Shown here piece after piece: positions 1-9,890 of a stretch of DNA of 64,000 bases (position 1 is the stretch's first letter; the number at the start of each line of letters is the position of its first letter). A program made the translations under genes and the position numbers. The notes under the pieces are model-generated. The model was not told the DNA's origin. It worked only from the letters and a program-made list of their open reading frames with translations, and ran no database searches. The stretch covers positions 2,335,572 through 2,399,571 of the forward strand of contig OZ245893.1 of assembly GCA_965229645.1 (NCBI GenBank), given 5' to 3'. This stretch comes from Alphaproteobacteria bacterium. GTDB taxonomy: Bacteria > Pseudomonadota > Alphaproteobacteria > UBA7985.

Positions 1-653
1 ATAACCCAGGCTATGAGAACTTCGAGGCCTTTCTTGCCGCCCTCAGCGCGCGCAAACGCAAAAATATCAAAAAGGAACGCGCCGCCGCCAGGGCCAGCGG
101 CCTCAAGTTCAGGACCTTGATGGGCGATGATCTCAAGACCCATCACTTCGATGCCTTCTTTGCCTTTTATCAGGATACATCGGCGCGCAAGTGGGGGCAG
201 GCTTACCTCAATCGGGAGTTCTTTGATGTGCTGCAGCAGCGGTTGGCCGACCGTCTTGTCCTGATGCTCGCTTACGACGGGTCGCGCCCGGTGGCGGGGG
301 CGCTCAACTTGCGCTCCGACACCACGCTCTTTGGCCGCAATTGGGGGTGCGTGCAGGACCATAAGTTTCTGCACTTTGAGCTGTGCTACTACCAAGCGAT
401 CGATTTTGCCCTGGCCCACGGCCTTGAGCGGGTGGAGGCGGGCGCGCAAGGGGGCCATAAAATCAGCCGCGGGTACGAACCCTGCCTGACCTATTCCAGC
501 CACTACGTGGCCCATCCCGAATTTCGCGACGCCGTTGCCCAATTCCTGCAAGAAGAAACCCGTCAGATGACGGTTGAAGCCGACTACATAGGGGCGAAGA
601 TGACGCCCTATCGCCAAAACCAGGAGGTCCCTGCCGGTTGCGACCGTCCATGA
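1..653 (+). CDS. GNAT/FemAB-like N-acetyltransferase (DUF482-type), C-terminal part; 5' end lies outside window
   Basis: Reading frame is open from position 3 and continues into the listed 117..653 ORF. Assigned to the GNAT fold by recalled resemblance only, not by an alignable hit. Confidence 0.45.
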   Translation, partial: NPGYENFEAFLAALSARKRKNIKKERAAARASGLKFRTLMGDDLKTHHFDAFFAFYQDTSARKWGQAYLNREFFDVLQQRLADRLVLMLAYDGSRPVAGALNLRSDTTLFGRNWGCVQDHKFLHFELCYYQAIDFALAHGLERVEAGAQGGHKISRGYEPCLTYSSHYVAHPEFRDAVAQFLQEETRQMTVEADYIGAKMTPYRQNQEVPAGCDRP

Positions 654-717
654 CCGCGCTAAATTCCGATCACCCCTTGCCCCCAAAGTTCTGATAAACC
701 GATTTTTAGGAGACTCC

Positions 718-1587
718 ATGCGACATCTTTTCAGACTCTTCATTGCCCTTGCGTTCACCGCCCTTGCTGTCATCCCCAGGCCCCTAAGCGCCCAAAGCGA
801 CGGAGGCGCGGCCCCTGGAGGGCCGGCTTTGCCGCAACCTGACGCCATTGCTTTCACGCTCAACGGCGAAGACTACAGCTTTTCGTACCTGATGGAGTTT
901 GCCGCCTTGCGGGTCAGCGACCCCGCCGGCATCGACATTATTGCCGCCTACCCCACGCTGACCAACATCGCGGCCGAACAAGAACTGGCGGCGGCGGCGG
1001 CCATGGCGCTCAGCATCGATGAAGATCCTGCGGTGCAGCAGTCGCTGCGGGTTCTGACCAATGCCTTGCTGGCCGACGCTTATATCAATCAGCAACTGAC
1101 GCTGCGCACAACCGACGAACGGCTCGAAGCCGCCTACGACACCTACCTAGCTGACTTCGTCGGCGCGCCGCAGCTCACCGCCCGGCACATTTTGCTGGCA
1201 ACAGCGGCGGAGGCCGAGGCCGCGATCACGCGTCTGAACGCGGGCGAGGACTTTGCCAGCTTAGCGCAGGAGCTGTCCATCGGTCCTTCGGGTCCCAATG
1301 GCGGCAGCTTGGGGACCTTTGGTCGAGGCCAAATGGTTAAGTCCTTTGAGGACGCCGCCTTTGCCCTTGTCCCTGGGACCTACAGCCCGCAACCCGTAGA
1401 AACGGAATTTGGTTTCCATGTCATTTACTTGGACGCCGTGTTGGAATCCGAACCCGCAAGCTACGAAGACCTCCTTCCCGAGTTGTTCTGGCGCCTAGAG
1501 GAAGAGATTCGCGCGGAAGTCAGTGAGGAACTGCGGGCAGGGTCCGAACTTGTGGTCAACTCGTTCGACGCCTTGCCCAAGCAGTAG
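718..1587 (+). CDS. Parvulin-type peptidyl-prolyl cis-trans isomerase (PpiC/SurA-like), secreted
   Basis: N-terminal signal peptide ([18 protein letters not shown]); C-terminal PpiC block [23 protein letters not shown]...FGFHVIYLD. Confidence 0.75.
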   Translation: MRHLFRLFIALAFTALAVIPRPLSAQSDGGAAPGGPALPQPDAIAFTLNGEDYSFSYLMEFAALRVSDPAGIDIIAAYPTLTNIAAEQELAAAAAMALSIDEDPAVQQSLRVLTNALLADAYINQQLTLRTTDERLEAAYDTYLADFVGAPQLTARHILLATAAEAEAAITRLNAGEDFASLAQELSIGPSGPNGGSLGTFGRGQMVKSFEDAAFALVPGTYSPQPVETEFGFHVIYLDAVLESEPASYEDLLPELFWRLEEEIRAEVSEELRAGSELVVNSFDALPKQ

Positions 1588-1644
1588 CATCCAAAAGCTG
1601 GATCCTGCGACTTCGCTTCGCTACGCGCTGGATGACATCAAGTG

Positions 1645-1841
1645 ATACCAGCGGCGGTTGAAAATGACTCAAATGATCGCTGGTATAAGGGCCGCGACTG
1701 CGGCCCCCGTAGCGGCCCCGAGAATAGCGGACACGCGCCTCGGGGTATAAGCGAAGGCCCCGTCGGAGGCGAAACGCGAAGCGTTTCTGCCGTGAGACAC
1801 AAAACGGCGAAAAAAGTGTCAACTTTTTTCGCCGTTGGTAT
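1645..1841 (+). mobile_element. MITE copy 1 (short, ~197 bp form), IS630-like termini ATACCAGCGGCG...CGCCGTTGGTAT
   Basis: Near-identical to copies at 18494, 40367 and 45650. Internal palindromes GGCCGCGACTGCGGCC, GAAACGCGAAGCGTTTC and a 15-bp terminal stem AACGGCGAAAAAAGT/ACTTTTTTCGCCGTT. Confidence 0.85.
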
Positions 1842-1849
1842 GAGAGGCT

Positions 1850-2632
1850 TCACCCCTCAGCGCCGAGCGCAGCAAGGTCGGCTTCCAGGGCCGCGAGATC
1901 GCAAGGACCGAGGAGGTCCAGCAAGGCGAGGGCCTGGTCTCGACACGCGGACCAAGCACCTTGGTCGGGGAACAGAAAATCTGGCAAGGCGGGGCGCTTG
2001 AGGATCAGGCGGCGCCATTCGTGGACGATCAGGGTGCGGATCAGGGCGCGCTCGCTTAAGGTGAGGTCGCTGGAGGCGTCCGCCAGCAAAGATCGGATCC
2101 TTTGCAAGCGGGCCAGCAGCGCCGTGGCTTGACGGGTCAAGTCCTGCGGGCACACCTTGTCCATGAGCCAAGCGGGCAGGCTTTGCGACGGATGCAGGGG
2201 CAGGGCCAAAGTGTCAGCACCCTGCGGGGGGGAGGCACCGAGGCTCATGTGCGCGGTAAGGGGGTATGTGCTTTCGGTTGCACCCGCAGGATGGACGATT
2301 AACCAGGCTTCAGGGGCCTGGTTGGTGGCGGCGTAAATTCGGCCGCTAGCCTCGGCGGCTTGCTGACGTCCTGCGGGCGAGAGGGCGTAGAAACTGCGGC
2401 GCCCCTCTTTGCGTCGCAGCAACCAGCCGTCTTTGCACAAGCGATGGATCGCGACCCGTTGCGACCCGCGCTTGGCCCCGACGCCTTCGCATAGGTGGGC
2501 GAGGGCGCGGCTGCTGACCCACTGCCCTTCTGCCTGCGCCAGGTCACCGAAGATGGTGATCAGATAGGACCAGAGTCGAAGGCTGGTGCCGTCGGTCAGG
2601 GTTGCAAGGGCCTGGGAGGCTCGGCAAGGCAT
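1850..2632 (-). CDS. paaX: Phenylacetic acid degradation operon negative regulator PaaX
   Basis: 260 aa, PaaX-family winged-helix regulator; lies next to paaZ. Confidence 0.75.
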   Translation of the reverse strand: MPCRASQALATLTDGTSLRLWSYLITIFGDLAQAEGQWVSSRALAHLCEGVGAKRGSQRVAIHRLCKDGWLLRRKEGRRSFYALSPAGRQQAAEASGRIYAATNQAPEAWLIVHPAGATESTYPLTAHMSLGASPPQGADTLALPLHPSQSLPAWLMDKVCPQDLTRQATALLARLQRIRSLLADASSDLTLSERALIRTLIVHEWRRLILKRPALPDFLFPDQGAWSACRDQALALLDLLGPCDLAALEADLAALGAEG

Positions 2633-2661
2633 GGTACCTTGTCTAGCCCGCCGCCGCCTCC

Positions 2662-4695
2662 TTAGCCATAGGCATTCATGGTTAGCAGTTCATACTCCGC
2701 CACGGGGTCCTGATCTTGGTTGAGGAGTCGCACGTGCCAGCGTACTTCGCCGTAAGTCTCGTTGCGCGGGGTCTTTTGCTTGACGCTCAAGTGCACGCAG
2801 ATGCTGTCGCCAGGTTCGACGGGCTTTAGAAAGCGCAAGCGATCCAGACCCGTATTGGCCAGGACGGGGCCCTCTGCGGGCTCAACAAATAGGCCGGCGG
2901 CAAAGCTAAGCAGCAAATACCCGTGGGCGACCCGCCCTGGGAAGAATGGATTCCGCTCTGCGGCATCGGCGTCCATGTGGGCATAGAACCGATCCCCCGT
3001 GAAATCGGCGAAGTGTTCGATGTCGTCCAGGGTGACAAGTCGCGTGGGGGAGATCAGAGTCTCACCGATTTTGAGGTCGTGGAAATTCCGTGTGAAGGGG
3101 TGCGCGGGTCCTGCGGGCGCGGGGGCCCCTGGTACCCACTTCTGCCCAATGGCGCTCAGGACTTGGGGGCTGCCCTGAACGGCCGTGCGTTGCATAAAGT
3201 GTTTGACGCCGCGCACGCCGCCCATTTCCTCCCCCCCGCCCGCGCGCCCTGGGCCGCCGTGGATCATGTGCGGCAAGGGCGCGCCGTGCCCCGTGGATTC
3301 GGCCATGGATGTGCGGTCGTTGAAGTATAGTCGTCCGTGGTAGGCGGCGCTGGCGGCGCAGACCTCTTGGGCCACCTGGGGGTCGTGGGTGATGATGGAG
3401 GCGACGAGGGACCCCTGGCCCTTGTTCAGGAGCTGGGTTGCTTGGCCCAAATCCTCATAACCCATGAGGGTGGCGACGGGGCCGAAGGCTTCGATTTGGT
3501 GCACCCGCGTGGCGGTCATGGGATCGTCGCAGTAAAAGACCAGCGGTGCCATGAAGGCACCGCCCTGGGCCTCGGGGCCCTCGGGAACCAAGCCCGCAAA
3601 GCTGCCGATCACCAGGTCGGCCTCGGTAGCCAGGGCCTTGGATTTGGCCAGCACATCGGCCCGCTGGGCCGTCGAGACCAGCGCGCCCATGTCGATGCCC
3701 TCAAGGCGCGGGTCGCCGATGCGGGTTTGCGCCAGGGTCGCGGCTAGGGCCTCAATGACCGCTGGGACGTGCGCCTCGGGAACCAAGATGCGCCGGATCG
3801 CGGTGCACTTCTGCCCCGATTTGGCGGTCAATTCGCGCCGAACTTCACGGATGAAGAGATCAAACTCGGGCGTTCTGGGGCCTGCATCGGGGCCGAGGAC
3901 GCTGGCGTTCAGGCTGTCTTGTTCGGCCAGAAATCGGACGGCGTTCTCCGCAATAGCAGGGGTAGCGCGCAGTTTTAGCGCGGTTTCCGCCGACCCGGTA
4001 AAACTGACCACGTCTTGGCAGGTCAGATGGTCGAGCAGATCGCCCGCGCTGCCCGCAATCAACTGCAAGGCGCCTGCGGGTAAGATCTGGCTCTCGATCA
4101 AGATTTTGACCGCCAGTTCGGTGATGTAGGACGTGGCGGTGGCCGGTTTGACCAGCGCGGGAACCCCCGCCAATAAGGTCGGCGCGAGCTTTTCCAGCAT
4201 GCCCCAAACGGGAAAGTTGAAGGCATTGATATGGACCGCGACCCCATGCAGGGGCATGCAGATGTGTTGGCCCTTGAAGGTACCGTTGCGCGAGAGTTCC
4301 TCCACGTCGCCGTCCAAATAGACCCGCGCGTCGGGCATTTCCCGACGCCCTTTGGACGCGAAGACGAACAGGGTCCCGATGCCGCCGTCGATGTCGATCA
4401 AGTGGTCTTTTTGCGTCGCTCCGCTCATGAACGAGAGATCATAGAGCGCTTGCTTGTGCTGCCCGAGGTGCAGCGCCAAAGCCTTGAGCATGCGCGCCCG
4501 GTCGTGGAAGGTGAGCTTGCGCAAGGCGGGGCCGCCGACCTTACGACCATAGTCGAGCGCCGCCGCCATATCCAAGTTGGCGTGGCCCGCCAGCCCCAAG
4601 GGCGCGCCCGTAACGGCGTTTTCGATTTGGCGCGCGCTGGCGTCGGGCGCGATCCACTCACCCTGCAAGTAGGATTTGACCTCAAGAAGTGCCAT
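2662..4695 (-). CDS. paaZ: Bifunctional PaaZ: N-terminal aldehyde dehydrogenase fused to C-terminal MaoC-like hydratase
   Basis: 677 aa; ALDH fold followed by a C-terminal (R)-hydratase hot-dog domain; paa gene context. Confidence 0.85.
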   Translation of the reverse strand: MALLEVKSYLQGEWIAPDASARQIENAVTGAPLGLAGHANLDMAAALDYGRKVGGPALRKLTFHDRARMLKALALHLGQHKQALYDLSFMSGATQKDHLIDIDGGIGTLFVFASKGRREMPDARVYLDGDVEELSRNGTFKGQHICMPLHGVAVHINAFNFPVWGMLEKLAPTLLAGVPALVKPATATSYITELAVKILIESQILPAGALQLIAGSAGDLLDHLTCQDVVSFTGSAETALKLRATPAIAENAVRFLAEQDSLNASVLGPDAGPRTPEFDLFIREVRRELTAKSGQKCTAIRRILVPEAHVPAVIEALAATLAQTRIGDPRLEGIDMGALVSTAQRADVLAKSKALATEADLVIGSFAGLVPEGPEAQGGAFMAPLVFYCDDPMTATRVHQIEAFGPVATLMGYEDLGQATQLLNKGQGSLVASIITHDPQVAQEVCAASAAYHGRLYFNDRTSMAESTGHGAPLPHMIHGGPGRAGGGEEMGGVRGVKHFMQRTAVQGSPQVLSAIGQKWVPGAPAPAGPAHPFTRNFHDLKIGETLISPTRLVTLDDIEHFADFTGDRFYAHMDADAAERNPFFPGRVAHGYLLLSFAAGLFVEPAEGPVLANTGLDRLRFLKPVEPGDSICVHLSVKQKTPRNETYGEVRWHVRLLNQDQDPVAEYELLTMNAYG

Positions 4696-4752
4696 GGTGA
4701 CCTCCGATCGCTTCGCGGATCGTCGCGATGCCCAGGGCCGCCGCAGTGTGTA

Positions 4753-5015
4753 ATACCAGCAGCGAATGAGAATGACTCATATGATCGCTGGTATAAGGGC
4801 CGCGACTGCGGCCCCCGTAGCGGGCTCCAAGCCCGAAGGGCGCAGGGAACGCCCGCGCTCCAAACGCGCGGCCCCGAGAATAGCGGACACGCGCCTCGGA
4901 GTATAAGCGAAGGCTCCGTCCCGCGGTCGGGCTGAGCGAGCGTAGCGAGCGAGTAGAGACCGCAACCCAAAATAGCCGAAACGCGAAGCGTTTCTGCCGC
5001 GAGACACAAAACGGC
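4753..5015 (+). mobile_element. MITE copy 2 (long form with internal modules A and B, 3' end truncated)
   Basis: Starts TAATACCAGCAGCG. Carries the extra blocks GGGCTCCAAGCCCGAAGGGCGCAGGGAACGCCC and GGTCGGGCTGAGCGAGCGTAGCGAGCGAGTAGAGACCGCAACCC. Sits in the paaZ/paaG divergent promoter region. Confidence 0.8.
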
Positions 5016-5099
5016 CCGCCATGCTGGCGCAGAAATCCATCCCCTTGGACGGGATTGGTGGAACTCATGACAGGCCTCCGTCAAACTGCCGCTAAGCCA

Positions 5100-5114
5100 A
5101 GACCTATTGACCGA
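5100..5114. promoter_or_regulatory. 15-mer GACCTATTGACCGAC upstream of paaG; identical copy at 8384-8398
   Basis: Exact 15-bp match at two paa-linked intergenic sites. Candidate operator or promoter element. Confidence 0.3.
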
Positions 5115-5218
5115 CGTGGCGGGATTTGCAATAATAAACTGAATGATCGGTTAATTAAATGATCGCTTCAGGAGAAACCCAGTGTTTCTTTTGGTTTGAT
5201 CCAAACCTCGGGGGTAGC

Positions 5219-6004
5219 GTGTCGGAGACAATTCAGGTGGCGGATCAGGGCAGCTGGGCGCAGATTAGGCTCAATCGACCCCAGGCGCTCAACAGTTTTA
5301 TCCCCGAAATGCATGAGGCTTTGCGCGCAGCCCTCGACCAGGCGCGGCGCGACGGCAAGCGGGCGCTGGTGCTGACGGGCGCAGGGCGCGGCTTTTGCGC
5401 GGGCCAGGACTTGGGCGACCGCGACCCTGCCCAACGGCAAGGCCCTCCCGATTTGGGCCAGACCGTTCGGGAATTTTACGCCCCGCTCGTTCGGCAGATC
5501 CGCGCGCTGCCCTTCCCCGTCATATGCGCCGTCAACGGCGTTGCGGCGGGGGCAGGGGCCAGTTTGGCCCTGGCCTGCGATTTGGTCGTGGCGGCCAAAT
5601 CGGCCAAGTTCATCCAGTCGTTCGCCAAAGTGGGCCTCATTCCCGATACGGGCGGGTCGTGGCACCTGCCGCGCTTGCTGGGCGAGGCGCGCGCCAAGGG
5701 TCTTGCCCTGCTCGGCGATCCCATCAGCGCCGACCAAGCCGCCGAGTGGGGGCTGATCTGGGCCGCCGTGCCCGATGAGGCGCTTGAGGACCAGGCGCAC
5801 GCTTTCGCCGATCGTCTGGCGCAGGGCCCGACCCTAGGGTTGGGCCTGACGAAGCAGGCGATCCACGCCGCCTCGGCCCAATCCCTGGACGCGCAACTGG
5901 AGATGGAGGCCGACCTGATGCGTACCTGCGGGCGCAGCCAAGACTATGCCGAAGGCGTCGCCGCCTTCCTCGCCAAGCGCCCGCCCCAGTTCAAAGGGTG
6001 CTGA
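5219..6004 (+). CDS. paaG: 1,2-epoxyphenylacetyl-CoA isomerase PaaG (crotonase fold); GTG start assumed
   Basis: Strong resemblance to E. coli PaaG: LTGAGRGFCAGQDL, PVICAVNGVAAGAGA, SFLAKRPPQF. The listed ORF starts at 5159; 5219 (VSETIQV...) aligns better. Confidence 0.8.
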   Translation: MSETIQVADQGSWAQIRLNRPQALNSFIPEMHEALRAALDQARRDGKRALVLTGAGRGFCAGQDLGDRDPAQRQGPPDLGQTVREFYAPLVRQIRALPFPVICAVNGVAAGAGASLALACDLVVAAKSAKFIQSFAKVGLIPDTGGSWHLPRLLGEARAKGLALLGDPISADQAAEWGLIWAAVPDEALEDQAHAFADRLAQGPTLGLGLTKQAIHAASAQSLDAQLEMEADLMRTCGRSQDYAEGVAAFLAKRPPQFKGC

Positions 6005-6005
6005 G

Positions 6006-6452
6006 GTGTCGAACCTGTCCCGCGCGCAAAAATCCGCCGAGGCCATGTGGGCCAAGGATGCCTTTTCGAAGGATTTGGGCCTCACCCTCATCGATGTGGC
6101 AGAGGGCGCGGCCAAAGTCTCGCTGCAGATCGAGGCGCGTCACTGCAACGGCCACGGCATAGCCCATGGTGCCGTGCTGTTTGCCTTGGCCGACAGCGCC
6201 AGTGCCTTGGCGAGCAACGCGCGCAATCGGGTCGCGGTGTCGCAGCACAATTTCATCACCTATATAGCGCCAGCGCGGCTGGGCGATCATTTGATCGCGC
6301 ACGCGCGCGAAGTGTCGTTGAGCGGGCGCAACAGCTTGTGCGATGTGACGGTTTGTGACCAGAACACGAATAAGTTGGCAGAATTTCGCGGTATGATCCG
6401 CGTCACCTCAACCCCCCTATACGATGAGCCCTCAAACGGAGACCCTAAGTGA
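6006..6452 (+). CDS. paaI: Phenylacetyl-CoA thioesterase PaaI (hot-dog fold)
   Basis: HGGAVLFALADSA motif typical of PaaI. GTG at 6006 lies just after the paaG stop. Confidence 0.75.
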   Translation: MSNLSRAQKSAEAMWAKDAFSKDLGLTLIDVAEGAAKVSLQIEARHCNGHGIAHGAVLFALADSASALASNARNRVAVSQHNFITYIAPARLGDHLIAHAREVSLSGRNSLCDVTVCDQNTNKLAEFRGMIRVTSTPLYDEPSNGDPK

Positions 6453-7747
6453 AAGACCTGACACCTGACCCCAAAACCTTAGAACCGATTGAAACCGCTT
6501 CGCTCGATGAAATTCAGGCCTTGCAGCTTGAGCGACTAAAAACGTCGCTGGCTCATGCCTATAGCAACGTACCGCTCTATCGGCGGCGCTTTGACGAGCG
6601 GGGCTTACACCCCGGCGACCTGAAGGACTTGGCCGACCTGGCCAACTTCCCTTTTACGGTCAAGGACGATCTGCGCGAGGCCTATCCCTTCGGCCTGTTC
6701 GCCGTGCCCGAATCGCGCATCATCCGCCTCCATGCCTCCTCGGGCACCACGGGCAAGCCGACAGTCGTCGGCTACACCAAGGGCGACATCGACCTATGGG
6801 CGACGGTGGTAGCGCGGTCTTTGCGCGCCTCGGGCCTGAAAGCTGGCGACAAGATCCACAACGCTTACGGGTATGGGCTGTTCACGGGCGGCCTGGGTGC
6901 GCACTACGGCATCGAGAAGCTCGGGGCCACGGTCGTGCCCATGGGCGGCGGCCAGACCGAACGGCAAGTCAGTTTGATCACCGACCTTCGGCCCCAGGGC
7001 ATCATGGTGACGCCGTCCTACATGCTCAATATCCTGGAAGCGTTTGAAAACGCGGGCTTGGACCCGCGCGCGTCGTCCCTCGAGGTCGGCGTGTTCGGCG
7101 CCGAACCTTGGACCAACGCCATGCGCGCCGAGGTTGAAAGCGCTTTCGACATGCACGCGGTCGATATTTACGGCCTAAGCGAAATCATCGGCCCTGGGGT
7201 CGCCAACGAATGCGTGGAGACGAAGGACGGCCTGCACATTTGGGAAGATCATTTCTACCCCGAGATCATCGACCCGAAAACGGGCCAAGTCCTCGCCGAC
7301 GGGCAGGAGGGGGAGTTGGTCTTTACCACCTTGACCAAGGAGGGCATGCCGCTGATCCGCTACCGCACGCGCGATCTAACCCGATTGCTGCCAGGGACAG
7401 CGCGCACCTTGCGCCGCATGGAAAAAATCACGGGTCGCAGCGACGACATGCTGATCTTGCGCGGCGTCAATGTCTTCCCAACGCAGATCGAGGAACAGGT
7501 CTTGGCAACACCAGGCCTGGCGCCCTACTTCCAAATCGAACTGACCAAGGCTGGCGCCATGGACGCCATGACCGTCAAGGTCGAAGCCATGCCGAACGCC
7601 CAAGACGCCAGCAAAGCGTTGGCCGCAACCTTAGCTGGGGCCATCAAGGCCACCGTCGGCATCACCACCCAAGTTCATGTCGGCGCCCCAGGGTCGGTCC
7701 CGCGGAGCCAAGGCAAGGCCGTGCGCGTGATCGACAAGCGCGCCTAA
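6449..7747 (+). CDS. paaK: Phenylacetate-CoA ligase PaaK
   Basis: 432 aa, SSGTTGKPTVVGYT adenylation motif; overlaps the paaI stop. Confidence 0.9.
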   Translation: MKDLTPDPKTLEPIETASLDEIQALQLERLKTSLAHAYSNVPLYRRRFDERGLHPGDLKDLADLANFPFTVKDDLREAYPFGLFAVPESRIIRLHASSGTTGKPTVVGYTKGDIDLWATVVARSLRASGLKAGDKIHNAYGYGLFTGGLGAHYGIEKLGATVVPMGGGQTERQVSLITDLRPQGIMVTPSYMLNILEAFENAGLDPRASSLEVGVFGAEPWTNAMRAEVESAFDMHAVDIYGLSEIIGPGVANECVETKDGLHIWEDHFYPEIIDPKTGQVLADGQEGELVFTTLTKEGMPLIRYRTRDLTRLLPGTARTLRRMEKITGRSDDMLILRGVNVFPTQIEEQVLATPGLAPYFQIELTKAGAMDAMTVKVEAMPNAQDASKALAATLAGAIKATVGITTQVHVGAPGSVPRSQGKAVRVIDKRA

Positions 7748-7749
7748 GC

Positions 7750-8382
7750 ATGGCGCGCCCGCTGGCCAAGGATCGAGACCAGAAACGCACCGCGATCCTC
7801 AAGGCCGCCGCCCAAACCTTCGCGCGCGAGGGCATCGCCCGCGCGTCCATGGGGCAAATTGCCGAGGCGTGCGGGATTTCCAAGGCCAACATCTACCACT
7901 ACTACGCCAGCAAGAACGACCTCGTGTTTGACATCCTGGAAACCTACCTTCGCTCCCTGCGCGACCGCGTTTGCGCCCAGCCGCACGCGGGCCAGACGCC
8001 TAAGGACCGCCTGCACAGCTTGATCGAACACACGCTCTTGGCGTACGACGGTATGGACGCGGAACACAAAATCCAAACCGAAGGCTTGGCCCTCCTCCCC
8101 GCCCAACAGCAAGCCCAATTGCGCGCCTACCAGCGCGACCTCGTCGCCGCCTTCTCGGCCACCTTATGCGACCTGGAGCCGCAAGTGTTCGCCCAAAACC
8201 CCCAAAAACTCCGCGCCACCACCATGTCCATCTTTGGGATGCTCAACTGGTTCTACATGTGGAACACCCACCGCCATGTGGATAGCCGCAAGGCCTATGC
8301 CAGGTTGGTCTTGCAGCTTGCAGTCGGGGGGGTGCGGGACTTAGGGACGGTGGCGTATGAGGCCAACGGAATGAACCGCTGA
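7750..8382 (+). CDS. TetR/AcrR-family transcriptional regulator (PaaR-like)
   Basis: Starts MARPLAKDRDQKRTAILKAAAQTFAREGIARASMGQIAEACGISKANIYHYY, a TetR helix-turn-helix. The upstream part of listed ORF 7210..8382 overlaps paaK and is discounted. Confidence 0.8.
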   Translation: MARPLAKDRDQKRTAILKAAAQTFAREGIARASMGQIAEACGISKANIYHYYASKNDLVFDILETYLRSLRDRVCAQPHAGQTPKDRLHSLIEHTLLAYDGMDAEHKIQTEGLALLPAQQQAQLRAYQRDLVAAFSATLCDLEPQVFAQNPQKLRATTMSIFGMLNWFYMWNTHRHVDSRKAYARLVLQLAVGGVRDLGTVAYEANGMNR

Positions 8383-8518
8383 CCTATTGACCGACCCGCG
8401 TCACGGGTCGGCAGCGGGAAGTCCAGACGGCATGAACCTTGTGCTGTACCAAACGACGCCCGAGAGGCACGCCTCCAAGGGGAGAGGCGGACAAAGAGGT
8501 CATTTAATTCTTCCGCTG

Positions 8519-8714
8519 ATACCAACGGCCAAAAAAGTTGACACTTTTTTGGCCGTTTTGTGTCTCACGGCAGAAACGCTTCGCGTTTCGCCTCCGACGG
8601 GCCTTCGCTTATACCCCGAGGCGCTTTCGCGCTGATCTCGGGGCCGCTGCAGGGGCCGCAGTCGCGGCCCTTATACCAGCGAACATAAGAGTCGTTCTCA
8701 ACTGCCGCTGGTAT
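8519..8714 (-). mobile_element. MITE copy 3 (short form, inverted orientation)
   Basis: ATACCAACGGCCAAAAAAGTTGACACTTTTTTGGCCGTT...CCGCTGGTAT; lies in the azlC upstream region. Confidence 0.85.
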
Positions 8715-8787
8715 GATATGACCTGGAGTCCGCTGCAGAACGAACAAAAACCCCATTCGGTTTTGTCCCTGACACGGCTAAGGGCGC

Positions 8788-9519
8788 TTGATGAGAACGC
8801 AGTTGATTTTGGGATTTTGGGTTGCCTTGCCCGTGTCCCTCGCCGTTGGGGTCTATGGTTTGGTCATGGGGGTCGGCGCGGCGGCGCAGGGGCTTACCTG
8901 GGGGGAGTTGCTGGTCAAGTCGTTTACGGTCTTTGCAGGCGCGTCGCAGTTTGTCGTGGTCGAAGGCTGGGGCAGCCCGATTTGGGTGCTGTTGCTGGCA
9001 ACGGCGGCCGTCAACTTGCGTTACCTGATGGTGGGTTTGACCTTGCGGGGCGTTTTGGACGCAGCGCCCTGGCCGCTGCGGCTGACAGCGCTTTGGTATT
9101 CGGCGGACGAGAACTGGGCCTTGACCCTTGCGCGGCGCGAGCGCGAGCCTGCCATTGGCGCGGCCTTCTTGCTTGGGTCTGGGCTGGCGGTGCTGCTGTT
9201 CTGGCAGTTGGGCGGGCAAGTTGGCCTGGCGGTGGGCGGGAATTTGCCCGACCCTAGACAAACCATCGAACGCTGGGGGCTCGACTTTACCTTTGCCGCC
9301 ATATTTTTGGCGCTCATCCTTTCCTTCGTCAAACGACGGTGGGACTGGCTGCCCGTCGCGGCCGCGGCCGCAGGGGCCATCGTGTTCGCCGAGGTCTTGC
9401 CCGCGCATTCGGACACCCACAGCCTCTCCATCATTGGCGGCGCGCTCATCGGGTGCGGCGTTGCCGCGCTCACTTACCGTCCCGACTTTGATACCCCTTC
9501 CGCGCAGGAACCCCGCTAG
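8788..9519 (+). CDS. azlC: AzlC-family branched-chain amino acid exporter subunit
   Basis: 243 aa polytopic membrane protein with AzlC-like sequence. Confidence 0.75.
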   Translation: MMRTQLILGFWVALPVSLAVGVYGLVMGVGAAAQGLTWGELLVKSFTVFAGASQFVVVEGWGSPIWVLLLATAAVNLRYLMVGLTLRGVLDAAPWPLRLTALWYSADENWALTLARREREPAIGAAFLLGSGLAVLLFWQLGGQVGLAVGGNLPDPRQTIERWGLDFTFAAIFLALILSFVKRRWDWLPVAAAAAGAIVFAEVLPAHSDTHSLSIIGGALIGCGVAALTYRPDFDTPSAQEPR

Positions 9520-9824
9520 TGTCGTCGTACGCCGCCTGGCTGATCTTTGGCATGGCCGCCATCACTTGGGGTTTTCGTTTGGGCGGGTACCTCATGGGCG
9601 GCTTGCTGCCGCGCACGGGTCGCTTGGCCTACGTCTTGGACCGCCTGCCCGCGTTCGTTTTGATCTCCCTCGTGGCGCCGACGGTTTGGAACTTGGGGTG
9701 GATTGGCGCCGTCGCGAGCGCGCTGGTCGTCCTGGTGACCCGCGCAACGGGCCGCACCTTGCTCGCGATGATCCTCGGCACTGGCGTTTTGGCACTGGCG
9801 CGTCTTATCATTGGTTCAACTTAA
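9519..9824 (+). CDS. azlD: AzlD-family branched-chain amino acid transport protein
   Basis: 101 aa, 3-4 transmembrane helices, directly follows azlC with a GTG start. Confidence 0.7.
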   Translation: MSSYAAWLIFGMAAITWGFRLGGYLMGGLLPRTGRLAYVLDRLPAFVLISLVAPTVWNLGWIGAVASALVVLVTRATGRTLLAMILGTGVLALARLIIGST

Positions 9825-9890
9825 CAGGATTTCTCTGTGTCTCCTCGACGTATCCCTAAAGTCAAGCCAAAGGGAATTGAGAATGACCCT

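Noticed and set aside
1642-2001. ORFs lying inside MITE copies: 1642..2001, 1638..1853, 4682..5068, 8387..8635, 8565..8756, 17336..17668, 33072..33483, 40211..40657, 40294..40569, 43396..43777, 45242..45863 and similar. They give recurring peptides such as ...NDRWYKGRDCGPRSGPENSGHAPRGISEGPVGGETRSVSAVRHKTAKKVSTF.
   Set aside because: The same translated repeat recurs wherever the MITE occurs. These are repeat-encoded frames, not genes.
7210-7749. 5' extension of ORF 7210..8382, overlapping paaK in another frame.
   Set aside because: This is Arg/His-rich low-complexity translation of GC-rich antisense or overlap sequence. The TetR HTH starts at the ATG at 7750, right after the paaK stop.
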